DNA from: Fibrobacterota bacterium
Lineage (GTDB): Bacteria > Fibrobacterota > Fibrobacteria > UBA5070
Length of the DNA: 55,515 bases
Assembly (NCBI GenBank): GCA_039798005.1
Contig: JBDKGV010000001.1
Coordinates: forward strand, 1 to 55,515
Direction: 5' to 3'
Shown here: one piece after another, positions 1 through 9,627 of the stretch
Layout: every line of letters begins with the position of its first letter
Numbering within the stretch: position 1 is the stretch's first letter
Translations under genes and position numbers: made by a program
The notes under the pieces: model-generated
The model's database searches: none
Told to the model about the DNA's origin: nothing
What the model saw: the letters and a program-made list of their open reading frames with translations, nothing else

Positions 1-2
1 CC

Positions 3-1604
3 AACCCCAAACGAGTGCTCCTGACCACGGAAAGCTGCTATGGCGGCAATTATTCTTGGGCGGATGGCAGCGGCAATGCCGGCGACATCTTTTTCTTGAG
101 TGAAGACGCTGGAGCCACTTGGAAGACCCTCAACCCTTGGGGCGCCAGTCCGACGGTGGACGCCAATGGCAATGGATGGATCTCGGGGAGCTCGATCCAC
201 TGGGCCGGAACCTTGGAATTCGATCCGTTCGACAGCAAGAAAGTCTGGGTCGGATCCGGCAACGGCGTCTTCCGCACCGACGACCTCACCGCCGCCGTCC
301 CGCTCTGGAAGTTCCAATCCAAGGGCATCGAAGAAACCGTTCCACTGGAAGTCGTGAGCGTACCTGGCGGCCCCTTGGTGACTGCCATCATGGATTATGA
401 CGGAGCCAGCTACAAAGACATCACCGTCAGCACGCCTGTCCACAGCAACCCGATCGGCTCAAGCAATTCGCTGGGCTATGCCGCCTTGGTCGGTGGATTC
501 CTGCGCTCCGGTCGCGTCACCGACTACGGCGCCAAGCCTGCCGTGACCTATGACGTCCTCTATCACTCCGCCGACAGCGGACGCACATGGAAGGCCACGG
601 ACACGGCGTCGCTGCCAGGGTCAGCCGGCACGCTCGCAATGTCGGCCGACGGACGGGTTTTCCTCCTGCGCCCATCCTACACGCACACTGGCAAGAATGC
701 CAGCACGTCCACCTTCTATCGTTCTGCGGACGCCGGCAAGACATGGAAGCCTGTCACGGGCCTGAGTACCCAAGACGGCAAAATGATTTCGGATCCGGTG
801 AACCCCGCCAACTTTTACATCGTCCCCAGCGGCTACCAAGGCGATGTCTACGCCAGCACCGACACCGGCGCCACCTTCAGCAAGGTCGGCACCCTGATCA
901 ACAACGCCACCGGTGAGTACTCCGCAAGTTCGGGCCTGCTGCGCGCAAACCCCTACGCTGCCGGTGACCTATGGATCGCTCTCGATGCGGCACAGAGCTG
1001 GAACGCCTCGGGGTTCAGCTCCAACGGTCTGGCCCACTCCACTGATGGCGGCAAGACTTGGACACGCATCAAGACCATGGTCGCCTGTCTCTCGGTCGGG
1101 CTTGGCAAGGCTGCACCCGGCAGCGACTATCCCACGCTCTACATGTGGGGCAAAGCCAACAGCGAGCCCTTGGGCATCTATCGATCGATCGACAAGGGCC
1201 AGACTTGGCTGCGCATCAACGATGACCAGCACCAGTATGGTGGCCCGGCCAATGGCGGATTCGTGGTTGGGGATTTCAATGTCTATGGACGCGTGTACAT
1301 GAGTACGGCTGGCCGCGGCATCGTGTACGGCAATATCGGGGAGATCCCCACAACATCCATCGATGGACGGAAAATGACGGCTCCCAGGGTGCGCTTGAGC
1401 CTGCATGGCCGGGATCTGCACATCCAAGACCTTGGCACCAAGGACGCCCGGCTCGAACTCATGGACGTGTCCGGGCGGATTCTTCAGCAGCAGGAGGTGA
1501 AGGCCACTGCCGTGAAACTGAACGAAAACCTGCACGGCTTGGTGATTGCACGCCTGCGCCTTGGCTCCACGACCTTGGCTTCGCTTCGATTCGTCCTGCC
1601 GTAA
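3..1604 (+). CDS. Secreted BNR/Asp-box beta-propeller glycoside hydrolase, GH74 (xyloglucanase)-like, with a T9SS-type C-terminal sorting domain; 5' partial because the frame is open to the window edge
   Basis: Six S-x-D-x-G-x-T-W/F Asp-box motifs (SEDAGATWK, SADSGRTWK, SADAGKTWK, STDTGATFS, STDGGKTWT, SIDKGQTWL). The C-terminal ~70 aa (LELMDVSGRIL...LVIARLRLG...RFVLP) resembles a Por-secretion tail. No in-frame stop occurs between nt 3 and the listed GTG at 15. Confidence 0.75.
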   Translation, partial: NPKRVLLTTESCYGGNYSWADGSGNAGDIFFLSEDAGATWKTLNPWGASPTVDANGNGWISGSSIHWAGTLEFDPFDSKKVWVGSGNGVFRTDDLTAAVPLWKFQSKGIEETVPLEVVSVPGGPLVTAIMDYDGASYKDITVSTPVHSNPIGSSNSLGYAALVGGFLRSGRVTDYGAKPAVTYDVLYHSADSGRTWKATDTASLPGSAGTLAMSADGRVFLLRPSYTHTGKNASTSTFYRSADAGKTWKPVTGLSTQDGKMISDPVNPANFYIVPSGYQGDVYASTDTGATFSKVGTLINNATGEYSASSGLLRANPYAAGDLWIALDAAQSWNASGFSSNGLAHSTDGGKTWTRIKTMVACLSVGLGKAAPGSDYPTLYMWGKANSEPLGIYRSIDKGQTWLRINDDQHQYGGPANGGFVVGDFNVYGRVYMSTAGRGIVYGNIGEIPTTSIDGRKMTAPRVRLSLHGRDLHIQDLGTKDARLELMDVSGRILQQQEVKATAVKLNENLHGLVIARLRLGSTTLASLRFVLP

Positions 1605-1628
1605 AGGCGAAAAGTCCAAGCCATGAAC

Positions 1629-1660
1629 AAAGGCACCTTTTCCCGGGTGCCTTTTCTATT
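1629..1660 (+). terminator. Rho-independent terminator after the GH74-like gene
   Basis: Stem aaggcacc (1630-1637) pairs with ggtgcctt (1646-1653), with an 8-nt loop and a T-rich tail ttttctattt. Confidence 0.6.
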
Positions 1661-1718
1661 TCTCCATCGAACCGGATCGATGCACGGATCTTGAAACCAC
1701 TTTTGCGGAATCTTCCCA

Positions 1719-2339
1719 ATGCGCCTTCGCCTCCATCTATTCGCTGCGATCCTCGGATCGGGACTGCTTGCTTGCAAAAAGGATCCTGCCGCCTCCCCAG
1801 TGCCCGGCCAGCACGCACCTGACACCGGCGCCATCGCACCTACGGAACCCATGCTCACCCGAGGCGACACGCTGAAGTCGATGTCCGAAAGCCTTCGGGA
1901 AGTCGAGCACCAGGATACCACCAGCGTGCGCATTTCGATTGCAAGGATCGATTCGTCCCTCGCCGCCTACGATGGCGGCGATACGCTCCACGACACGGTG
2001 ACAGGCAGCAACGAATGCATCGGGGAGGATCTTCGGGAGATCCAGCTGAAAAATGGCCTGCTGCTTTCGGGAAGCACGTACAGCATTCACGCCCAAGATT
2101 GGGTCTTCAGCGGCAATTTCACACCGATTCTCGGACTTCGACCCGGCATGGACTCCAGTGAGGTGATCCGCTTGCTTGGAAAACCTCGCGTCCGATCGAA
2201 AAACGCCTTCCGCTACGTTTCCGAGCCCCCGGAAGGTCGGGAGGCCGACTTGTTCGAGGCTCTTTGGACGCTGGATCTGGTGTTCGAGCATGGCAAGCTC
2301 AAGATCGCCACCTTCATTCCCAGCATGGACGACTGCTAG
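1719..2339 (+). CDS. Hypothetical lipoprotein
   Basis: N-terminus MRLRLHLFAAILGSGLLAC has a lipobox (LLAC). Amino-acid composition looks protein-like. No recognisable catalytic motif. Confidence 0.6.
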   Translation: MRLRLHLFAAILGSGLLACKKDPAASPVPGQHAPDTGAIAPTEPMLTRGDTLKSMSESLREVEHQDTTSVRISIARIDSSLAAYDGGDTLHDTVTGSNECIGEDLREIQLKNGLLLSGSTYSIHAQDWVFSGNFTPILGLRPGMDSSEVIRLLGKPRVRSKNAFRYVSEPPEGREADLFEALWTLDLVFEHGKLKIATFIPSMDDC

Positions 2340-4078
2340 TCCTCCTTGTCATCCCCATGGCGGTACATCCCCAACCGCTTCATCACGTCGCGAAGCACCT
2401 TGCGGTCGACATCGAGAATCGCCCCGGCTTGGGTCAGGTTGCCGCTGGCTCGCGCCAGCGCCTTTTCAATGGCAGACCGCTCTGCCGCTTCTCGCACCTG
2501 AGCCAACGTCTCGATCCCGCCGGAAGGAGTGCCGGCATCGAACCCGAAATGCTCCGGCTCCAACCGCACGCCACCCGCCTCCAGCAAGGCCCGCTGGATC
2601 CGGTTTTCAAGCTCCCGAACATTGCCGGGCCAAGCATGGCGCAACAACGCCTTTTCCGAGGCTCGTGAGAATCCGGACCAGGGAATGCCGAATTCCGTCG
2701 CTGCCCTTTGAGCAAAGAGCCTGGCCAGCGGAAGGACATCCTCGAACCGATCCCGAAGCGGTGGAATCCGCACGCTTGCGACATTGAGCCGGAACAGAAG
2801 ATCGCGACGGAAGTGGTTCTCCCCGACCATCTTGTCGAGGTCGCGATGGGTCGCCGCGACGATGCGCACATCCACCGTGCGCTCTTGACTTGAACCCACC
2901 CGGCGGATGGTCTTTTCCTGGAGTACCCGCAAAAGGGCCGCCTGCATCTGAGGCTCCAACTCACCGATCTCGTCAAGGAAGAGCGATCCCCCGGCCGCCG
3001 CCTCGAAAAGGCCCAGGCGCTCACCGGTCGCCCCGGTGAACGCGCCCTTTTCATGACCGAACAGCTCCGCTTCCATGAGAGAGGATGGAATCGCGGCGCA
3101 ATTGACGGCAAGGAATGGACCATTGCGACGAGGCGAGGAGCGATGCACCAGTCGCGCCAAAAGCTCCTTGCCCGTGCCGGTTTCACCAAGGATCAGGACG
3201 GGGACATTGGCGCTGGAAAAGCGACGCGCTTGTGCCACGACCGCCTGCATCTGGGAGGAGACGGCAAGGAGCCCCGCGGAATCGGAAGCCTGCAAGGACT
3301 CCAGAGCCATGCGATCTTCCATGTGACGCCGTGCGGCATCCAGCACCTTGCCAAGGCTGCGCGTCAGGCGATCGAATGCCTGCCGTTCCATCTCGCCAAA
3401 CGGCTCGCTCTTGCCGGTTCGGTGGAGATAGACACAAGTATCCGTCTTGCCTTGTGCATTCCTCAAAGGGGCGACGAGGATGGAGCGGATTCCGGCCTTC
3501 AGGATGGATGGCCCCGCCAGCGGAGCATCGGATGGTCCGGCATCGGCCCAAAGCACCGCCTTGCCGGACTCAAGGCAGGCTTTCACGGCACTGCGCGAGT
3601 GCTCAAGCACGACATCCGTGGGCCAACTTGCCAGAATGACACTGTCCTTGGCTGAAACCAGCAAACCGCCGCTGGCCCCCAAGTGCTGGGCTGCAAACTG
3701 CAGCAATTGTGGCAGCACGGCAGCAGGATCGGGCGCTTCGACCAAGGTTTCGACCGCCTGCAGCACGGGTTCGACCGAAAGGACGACGGTGGCGGGTCTG
3801 GGGCGCCGCAAGACCCAGCTCCTGCCGGAAATCTCCAGGCGACTGCCTTCCTCCAGCACCGCCCGACCACCGGCCAAAAGGACCTCACCGTCGACCCGCG
3901 AACCTGACTTGAGACCTTCTACGGAAACCTTGGTCCCCAGCACCAGAATCTGCATCACCTGTCCGGGAATGCCCGGTGCGCGCAAATCACAGCCGGCATC
4001 ACTGCCCAAGACCAGCACACGCTTGTTCAGTGGAAAATCCGGCTCGCCTTCCAGTGTCCATTCGATCGTCTCTGACAT
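2336..4078 (-). CDS. Sigma54-dependent transcriptional activator with FHA, GAF-like, AAA+ and Fis-type HTH domains
   Basis: Walker A VLILGETGTGKELLA. GAFTGA motif (HEKGAFTGA). ELFGHEKG and RVIAATHRDL-type segments. C-terminal HTH (NLTQAGAILDVDRKVL). The N-terminal ~90 aa is FHA-like (LVLGSDAGCDLRAPG...VDGEVL). No receiver domain is present. Confidence 0.85.
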   Translation of the reverse strand: MSETIEWTLEGEPDFPLNKRVLVLGSDAGCDLRAPGIPGQVMQILVLGTKVSVEGLKSGSRVDGEVLLAGGRAVLEEGSRLEISGRSWVLRRPRPATVVLSVEPVLQAVETLVEAPDPAAVLPQLLQFAAQHLGASGGLLVSAKDSVILASWPTDVVLEHSRSAVKACLESGKAVLWADAGPSDAPLAGPSILKAGIRSILVAPLRNAQGKTDTCVYLHRTGKSEPFGEMERQAFDRLTRSLGKVLDAARRHMEDRMALESLQASDSAGLLAVSSQMQAVVAQARRFSSANVPVLILGETGTGKELLARLVHRSSPRRNGPFLAVNCAAIPSSLMEAELFGHEKGAFTGATGERLGLFEAAAGGSLFLDEIGELEPQMQAALLRVLQEKTIRRVGSSQERTVDVRIVAATHRDLDKMVGENHFRRDLLFRLNVASVRIPPLRDRFEDVLPLARLFAQRAATEFGIPWSGFSRASEKALLRHAWPGNVRELENRIQRALLEAGGVRLEPEHFGFDAGTPSGGIETLAQVREAAERSAIEKALARASGNLTQAGAILDVDRKVLRDVMKRLGMYRHGDDKED

Positions 4079-4177
4079 GCCCTCAATCTATTTGATCACG
4101 TTTGGTTCCGGTGCATCTTACTGACCAGCACAGAAAGTGGAATGCCAAATTCCGACTTTCCCTGTATGTTTTATTGA

Positions 4178-4609
4178 ATGAAGATTTCGCACAAGACCGT
4201 CTACGCCATCCATCTGCTGGTGGCCCTCTCCGAGCAGGCGCGCATCAGCCGATCCCCCCTGCAACTTCGCGAGATTGCCGAAAGTCGGAATCTTCCGTTC
4301 AAGTTCCTGGAGCAGATCGCCATCACGCTCAAGGGCGCTGGCTGGATCCGAGGGCAGCGAGGCAAGGAAGGCGGCTATTCCCTGTCCATTCAGCCCGGCC
4401 AACTCAAGCTCAGCGACATCCTGCTGCGGCTCGAAGGAACCACTCCCCTTCTCGATGGCGATGAGGACTCTGGCGTGCAGGATGTCCTGGGCGACATCTT
4501 GCAGCGTTGCCAAGCCAGCATCGACGCCATCCTCGGAGGGATCAGCCTTGCCGACCTCGCCTTGGAAATTCGCGACAGGAAGCTCCCCGGCTCGGACTAT
4601 GTGATCTGA
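4178..4609 (+). CDS. Rrf2-family transcriptional regulator
   Basis: N-terminus MKISHKTVYAIHLLVALSE...LQLREIAESRNLPFKFLEQI is a typical Rrf2 winged-helix region. Length is 143 aa. Confidence 0.8.
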   Translation: MKISHKTVYAIHLLVALSEQARISRSPLQLREIAESRNLPFKFLEQIAITLKGAGWIRGQRGKEGGYSLSIQPGQLKLSDILLRLEGTTPLLDGDEDSGVQDVLGDILQRCQASIDAILGGISLADLALEIRDRKLPGSDYVI

Positions 4610-4883
4610 CAAGGTGAGGCCATGCTCCGGGAGAGATGCTTCCGGCCTGCCCTTCTGGAACACATCGGGCCGTGGCAAAATGGTGGAATTTCCCCAGTTT
4701 GAGCCCTGAGCCTAGCAACCACCACCTGTAGTGGTACGCTCTTCGCAGCCCATCCAACACCCCGGCCGGATTGCAGCGAAGTTTCACACAAATTTTCCCT
4801 TGCGCCGAAGCGGCAAAAATGCCTCGATTTTGCGTTTGGCAAGGAAATCGCATATCGGCTACCTTCAACAAATGCGTCGCTCC

Positions 4884-4931
4884 TCACGACATTTGGGGTT
4901 GCCTTGAGGGAATTTATCCATATATTGTGAT
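4884..4931. promoter_or_regulatory. Possible pair of NrdR-box-like sites upstream of nrdJ
   Basis: The two candidates are tcacgacatttggggt (4884-4899) and atccatatattgtgat (4916-4931), with starts 32 bp apart. They match the 16-bp acaCwAtATaTwGtgt-type consensus at only about 10-11 of 16 positions each. The spacing is typical of tandem NrdR boxes. Confidence 0.3.
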
Positions 4932-5097
4932 GCATCAGTGATCGGCGCAAAGAATGCCCACCGCATCAAGGCGTCAGTGGGCATCGCAAATCTCTCCGAT
5001 CAAGACATCTTCCACGAAACGAAATGCTCTTCCTGATCACGCAGGAAGACAAAGCCATCTTGTGTCATGTACGCAAGACAACCAAGGATCCTCTCCG

Positions 5098-7608
5098 ATG
5101 CTGACGAAGGAAAAGAGCATGACAGTCAAGCCAGGATCGACCTCCTCGCCGCTTTTGAACGACCTTGGCGAGAAGATCTTCCTGGATCGTTACGCTCTGA
5201 AGGACATGACCAAGAAGTCCCTTTCCGTCGGCGACACCGTGATCGTGTGCGTGAACCAGAAGAGCCGCCAGCGCGAGATCGGCAAGGTCACGCAACTCAA
5301 GGGCGAGCGCGTGGCGATCGAGTTGCGCGATGGCACCTCCACCGAGCAGGGCATCGAGGACGTGGACAAGCCTCTCGAACTGGTCCCTGAGCAGATGATG
5401 GAACGCGTGGCGCGTGGCATCGCCGACATCGAGAAGAGCCCAGAAAAGAAGGAAGAGTGGGAAGCTCGCTTCCGTTGGCTCCTGGACGAATGGCGCTTCG
5501 TGCCGGGTGGACGCATCCTGACCGCCGCTGGAACCGAGCAGGAACTGACCTTCTTCAACTGCTACGTGATTCCCTCGCCCGAGGATTCGCGCCGCGGCAT
5601 CGTCGACACCCTCTCCCAGATGATGGAGATCATGTCGCGCGGCGGCGGCGTGGGCATCAACCTGTCTTCCCTGCGCCCGCGCCACGCCTACGTGAAGGGC
5701 GTGAACGGACGCTCCTCGGGTTCGGTTTCCTGGGGTGGCCTCTATTCCTTCGTCACCGGCCTGATCGAGCAGGGCGGCAGTCGTCGCGGCGCCCTCATGC
5801 TGATCGTGAACGCTTGGCACCCGGACATCTTCGACTTCATCAACGCCAAGCGCGAAGCCGGCAAGATCACGAACGCCAACATCTCGGTGGGCGTGACCGA
5901 CGACTTCATGGAGGCCGTGGAGAAGGACGCCGACTGGCAACTGCGCTTCCCGGACGCTCAGCACCCTGACTACAAGGAAAAGTGGGACGGCAACCTCGCC
6001 GCGTGGGAGAAGGCTGGACTGCCGGTCATCGTGTACAAGACGGTGAAGGCACGCGACGTGTGGCAGAACATCATCGAGTCGGCTTGGTCCTCCGCCGAGC
6101 CGGGCGTGTTCTTCATCGACCGCGCCAACAAGGAATCGAACTCCCACTACTTCTCGCAACTGGTGTGCACCAACCCTTGTGGCGAGCAGCCCCTCCCCCC
6201 TTGGGGCATTTGCAACCTTGGCGCCATCAACTTGGCGCGATTCGTCACCCCCCAAGGCGACGTGGCATGGGACGACCTGCGCAAGTGCGTGCGCTACGGC
6301 GTGCGGTTCTTGGACAATGTCATCGACGCGACGCCGTACTTCTTCGACGAGAACCAGACCCAGCAGCAGAATGAGCGCCGCGTGGGCATGGGCATCATGG
6401 GCCTTGCCGAGATGCTGATTCGCTTGAAGATCCGATACGGATCCAACGAATCGATCACCTTCATCGAGAAGCTGGGCGAGTTCATCGCATCGGAAGCCTA
6501 TCTGGCCTCCACCGATTACGCCGCCGAAAAGGGATCGTTCCCCAAGCTCGACACCGAACTTCTGCTCCAGTCGGGCTTCATGTCCCGCATGAGCGACCGC
6601 GTCCGCAATGCCATCCGCGAGAAAGGCCTGCGCAACGTTACCCTGCTCACGGTCGCCCCCACCGGCACCACCGGCACCATGGTCAACACATCGACTGGTG
6701 TGGAGCCCTACTTCTCTTGGAGCTTCTTCCGCACCAGCCGTTTGGGCGTGCACGAGGAACGCGTGAACGTGGCCGACGAGTGGGATCGCGAGAATCCGGG
6801 CAAGCCCCTTCCTGACTACTTCGTGAGCGCCATGCAGCTCCTGCCCGAGGACCATGTGCGCGTGCAAGCCGCGCTTCAGAAGTGGATCGACTCGGCCATT
6901 TCCAAGACCTGCAACGTCCCCAACAGCTACACGGTCGAGCAGACCCGCGAGCTCTACGAGCTGATGTACAAGCTGGGCTGCAAGGGCGGCACGATCTACC
7001 GCGACGGAAGCCGCAACGAGCAGGTGCTCAACCTCAAGAAGGAAGAGAAGAAGGAGGAGGTCAAGGAAGTGAAGGCCGCTCCGCTGCCCGCTTGGATGAG
7101 CCTTCCCAAGATGCGCCCCCGCCCGCCCCTGTCCCACGGCATGACCGTCAAGAAGGAGAGCCCCTTGGGCTCGGTCTTCGTGACCGTCAACGACGACGAG
7201 CAAGGCGAACCGCTGGAGATCTTCATCACCTCCGGCAAGGCGGGATCGGACATCACCGGCATGGCCGAGGCCATGGGTCGCTTGGCGTCACTGGTGCTGC
7301 GCGTGGCATCCCCCATCTCCCCGGACGAGCGTCTGCGCCTGATCGCAAGCCAACTGGCAGGCATCGGCGGCGCCCGCTCCATGGGCTTTGGCAAGACGCG
7401 CGTGCGCTCCATGCCGGACGCCGTGGGCCTTGCTCTGGAAGATGTCCTCAAGGGCGCTGAGGCCGTGGCGGCGGAAGTCGCTCAGGCACCGGAATTCGAT
7501 CTGCAGCCGGCCGTCCACGCCGACCTGTGCCCCGAATGCGGCGAAGCCACCTTCATTCGCGAGGAAGGCTGTCACCACTGCACATCCTGCGGTCACAGCC
7601 AGTGCTGA
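5098..7608 (+). CDS. nrdJ: Adenosylcobalamin-dependent (class II) ribonucleotide reductase
   Basis: Motifs seen: FNCYV, active-site NPCGEQPLPPWGICNLG, TVAPTGTT, and a C-terminal CxxC...CxxC tail (CPECGE...CHHCTSCG). The start is set at the ATG at 5098 (MLTKEK). The listed ORF start at 4954 overlaps a leader hairpin. Confidence 0.9.
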   Translation: MLTKEKSMTVKPGSTSSPLLNDLGEKIFLDRYALKDMTKKSLSVGDTVIVCVNQKSRQREIGKVTQLKGERVAIELRDGTSTEQGIEDVDKPLELVPEQMMERVARGIADIEKSPEKKEEWEARFRWLLDEWRFVPGGRILTAAGTEQELTFFNCYVIPSPEDSRRGIVDTLSQMMEIMSRGGGVGINLSSLRPRHAYVKGVNGRSSGSVSWGGLYSFVTGLIEQGGSRRGALMLIVNAWHPDIFDFINAKREAGKITNANISVGVTDDFMEAVEKDADWQLRFPDAQHPDYKEKWDGNLAAWEKAGLPVIVYKTVKARDVWQNIIESAWSSAEPGVFFIDRANKESNSHYFSQLVCTNPCGEQPLPPWGICNLGAINLARFVTPQGDVAWDDLRKCVRYGVRFLDNVIDATPYFFDENQTQQQNERRVGMGIMGLAEMLIRLKIRYGSNESITFIEKLGEFIASEAYLASTDYAAEKGSFPKLDTELLLQSGFMSRMSDRVRNAIREKGLRNVTLLTVAPTGTTGTMVNTSTGVEPYFSWSFFRTSRLGVHEERVNVADEWDRENPGKPLPDYFVSAMQLLPEDHVRVQAALQKWIDSAISKTCNVPNSYTVEQTRELYELMYKLGCKGGTIYRDGSRNEQVLNLKKEEKKEEVKEVKAAPLPAWMSLPKMRPRPPLSHGMTVKKESPLGSVFVTVNDDEQGEPLEIFITSGKAGSDITGMAEAMGRLASLVLRVASPISPDERLRLIASQLAGIGGARSMGFGKTRVRSMPDAVGLALEDVLKGAEAVAAEVAQAPEFDLQPAVHADLCPECGEATFIREEGCHHCTSCGHSQC

Positions 7609-7640
7609 TCTGATCGATCTTCCTCCATAAAGAGGGACCA

Positions 7641-7675
7641 AGAGCCGATTCCTTCCGGGATCGGCTCTTTTTTTG
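7641..7675 (+). terminator. Rho-independent terminator of nrdJ
   Basis: agagccgat / atcggctct stem followed by a T7 run (7668-7675). Confidence 0.8.
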
Positions 7676-7790
7676 AGAAATCGCTAAAGGTTGCCATTCC
7701 TGCTGCCGATAATCCTGTTTGGAGGTCTCTGATCTCTTCTCGCGCAAGTGGCATTGCCGAGACGGAAATTCTTCGTCCGGAGCCGGATCG

Positions 7791-8726
7791 ATGGTCGGAA
7801 GCATCAACAGCCTGACGAGCGCCGCGCCGCAGCAAGCCACAAGTGCTGCTGGCAACGCCAATGCCGTCGGACGGGCTGGTGCTTCGGCTGCCGGGGGGGC
7901 GCGCGACCAATACACCTCCGGTGGTAATGGCGTCGTCAATCAGGATGCCTACGGGCCAACTGGCCGATCCATGCGTCGCGTCGATCCCGAAATGCTCCAG
8001 CAGCGCCGGAGCATGCAGCGAAGGCTTGCCGCCCAACGCCGCGAAATCGCCATGGACAAGCTGGCAAAATATCCAATGACCCCGCCGCAGCCATTGCCGG
8101 TCACGACACCCTCGTCGATTCTGCCGACCGTCGCTGCGGTCGGTGCTGGAGCTGGACTGGGCGCGGGCGCCGCCTTGGCCGCCGCCCCGCTCCTCATTCC
8201 TGAGAAGCCGATCGAAAAGCCCATCGAGAAGCCGCTGGAAAAGCCCATCGAACCACCTGCGGAGCTGGAGAAACTCGATCCCGAGGAGAGGGAGCCGCAA
8301 GTCATCAATGTCGAACAGCCGGAAATCAATGTCGAACAGCCCGAGGTCAACGTCGAGGTGGACGAAGACGGCAACATCATCACCGACACGGCGGGTTTGG
8401 TGGTGGATGGCGTGGCCGGAGTCGGCGGTTTGGTCTGGGACGGCGTCTCGCTGGTGGGCGGCGTGGCCTACGACGCGACGGGTGCAGTCCTGTCGGTACC
8501 GCTCAATCTGGCCCAGGGCGCGGCCTTCGGCACCGGCCTTGTGTTCGGAGCTCCCGCAGTCGCGGCAGTCGCGACCGACTACGCAGTGAATGGCACATTC
8601 AATCCGATCACTGGAGCGATGATCATCGGCGAAAATGCCGCCGCCGGAGCCGCCTACGCCGCACCGATCGTGTCCCAAGGCTTGACCGACATCGTGGCCG
8701 GTGCCATCACGCAAAGCGGCGGCTGA
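7791..8726 (+). CDS. Hypothetical Gly/Ala-rich protein with internal tandem repeats
   Basis: ATG at 7791 (MVGSINSL) is preceded by ggag. Internal repeats EKPIEKPIEKPLEKPIE and INVEQPEINVEQPEVNVE are mirrored in the nucleotides at 8209-8250 and 8303-8357. The C-terminal half is Gly/Ala/Val-rich (glycine-zipper-like). The antisense ORF 7593..8714 looks like a GC-frame artefact. Confidence 0.55.
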   Translation: MVGSINSLTSAAPQQATSAAGNANAVGRAGASAAGGARDQYTSGGNGVVNQDAYGPTGRSMRRVDPEMLQQRRSMQRRLAAQRREIAMDKLAKYPMTPPQPLPVTTPSSILPTVAAVGAGAGLGAGAALAAAPLLIPEKPIEKPIEKPLEKPIEPPAELEKLDPEEREPQVINVEQPEINVEQPEVNVEVDEDGNIITDTAGLVVDGVAGVGGLVWDGVSLVGGVAYDATGAVLSVPLNLAQGAAFGTGLVFGAPAVAAVATDYAVNGTFNPITGAMIIGENAAAGAAYAAPIVSQGLTDIVAGAITQSGG

Positions 8727-8733
8727 TCACGAC

Positions 8734-9627
8734 ATGATCCCCAAGGCCTTGAGTTTCGAATTGGACACCTCCGCGCTTGCGGAGAGTTACGATATCGTGA
8801 GCGCTCCCCTCCAATTCAAATACGGCAAGCAACTGTGTTCCGAACTGGGGATCACCGTCGGGGAATCCGTTCTGGATGTCGGCACGGGGACAGGTCTGTT
8901 GGCCGAGCACATGGCAAGTCTCGTCGGCCCAAACGGCATGGTCACGGGAATCGATCCGCTCCCGCTTCGCATTCAGCTTGCCCGTGAGAAGATCCGGCAG
9001 CGACCCCAACTGTCCTTTCAAGTCGGGAAGGCTCACGACCTCAGCGCATTTCCCGATGAGAGCTTTGATGTCGTCTGCCTGAACGACGTGTGGCAATGGC
9101 TTGCGGACCACCAGCACGCCATGCAAGAAATCCATCGGGTCCTGAAGCCCAATGGCCGATTCGGCTGTCAAAGCACGTTCCAAGCCGTCGATGATGCATT
9201 CTTGCGCCAAGCACCCTTTGTGGACTGGTATCCATTTTCCCAGGCAACGATCGGGTCGTTCCTCAAGTTCGAGCAAGTGTTCCCGGCCACAAACTTCCTT
9301 CACGGGAGGGTAGATGCCACGACCTTGGAGCATCTCTTTTCGGATCCGGACGCGGTCATCCGCTTCTTCGAAGCAAGCTCGTTCAACAATTACCTAGGTC
9401 ATCTGCCCGAACCGCTCAGGCACCTCGCGAAGCGGCATCTGGTCGCAAACTTGGAAAAGCATCGCGTTCCGGAAGGCATACTCCTGCGTGGAACTCGAAT
9501 CATCGCCACAGCCAGAAAGCCTCCTCGAGGTGCGCTGTATTCCGGAAACTGGTGGGATGCGCCCTTCAATCGAACACTGAGTACTTCTGCAGCATATTGG
9601 AAGACATGGCGACCACTCAAGACTTGA
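8734..9627 (+). CDS. Class I SAM-dependent methyltransferase
   Basis: Motif I VLDVGTGTGLLAE, plus post-I and motif II-like DVVCLNDVWQWL and LKPNGRF. The ATG at 8734 lies just after the upstream stop at 8726. Confidence 0.8.
   Translation: MIPKALSFELDTSALAESYDIVSAPLQFKYGKQLCSELGITVGESVLDVGTGTGLLAEHMASLVGPNGMVTGIDPLPLRIQLAREKIRQRPQLSFQVGKAHDLSAFPDESFDVVCLNDVWQWLADHQHAMQEIHRVLKPNGRFGCQSTFQAVDDAFLRQAPFVDWYPFSQATIGSFLKFEQVFPATNFLHGRVDATTLEHLFSDPDAVIRFFEASSFNNYLGHLPEPLRHLAKRHLVANLEKHRVPEGILLRGTRIIATARKPPRGALYSGNWWDAPFNRTLSTSAAYWKTWRPLKT

Noticed and set aside
4610-5097. Cobalamin riboswitch upstream of the B12-dependent RNR.
   Set aside because: I could not find a B12-box-like core or the expected multi-stem architecture by eye. 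B12 riboswitches normally repress B12-independent isozymes, not nrdJ. An Rfam scan is needed to be certain.
5065-7203. Very long antisense ORFs opposite well-supported genes. Examples: 5065..7203, 18409..20229, 21700..23235, 34648..36585, 40856..42064, 47571..48896, 49185..50762, 50753..52411 and 53533..54822.
   Set aside because: Their translations are Arg/Gly/Ala/His-rich and lack motifs. The opposite strand carries unmistakable conserved motifs (RNR, carboxyltransferase, CysA, RpoN, PilT, PyrC). This is the typical GC-rich frame artefact.
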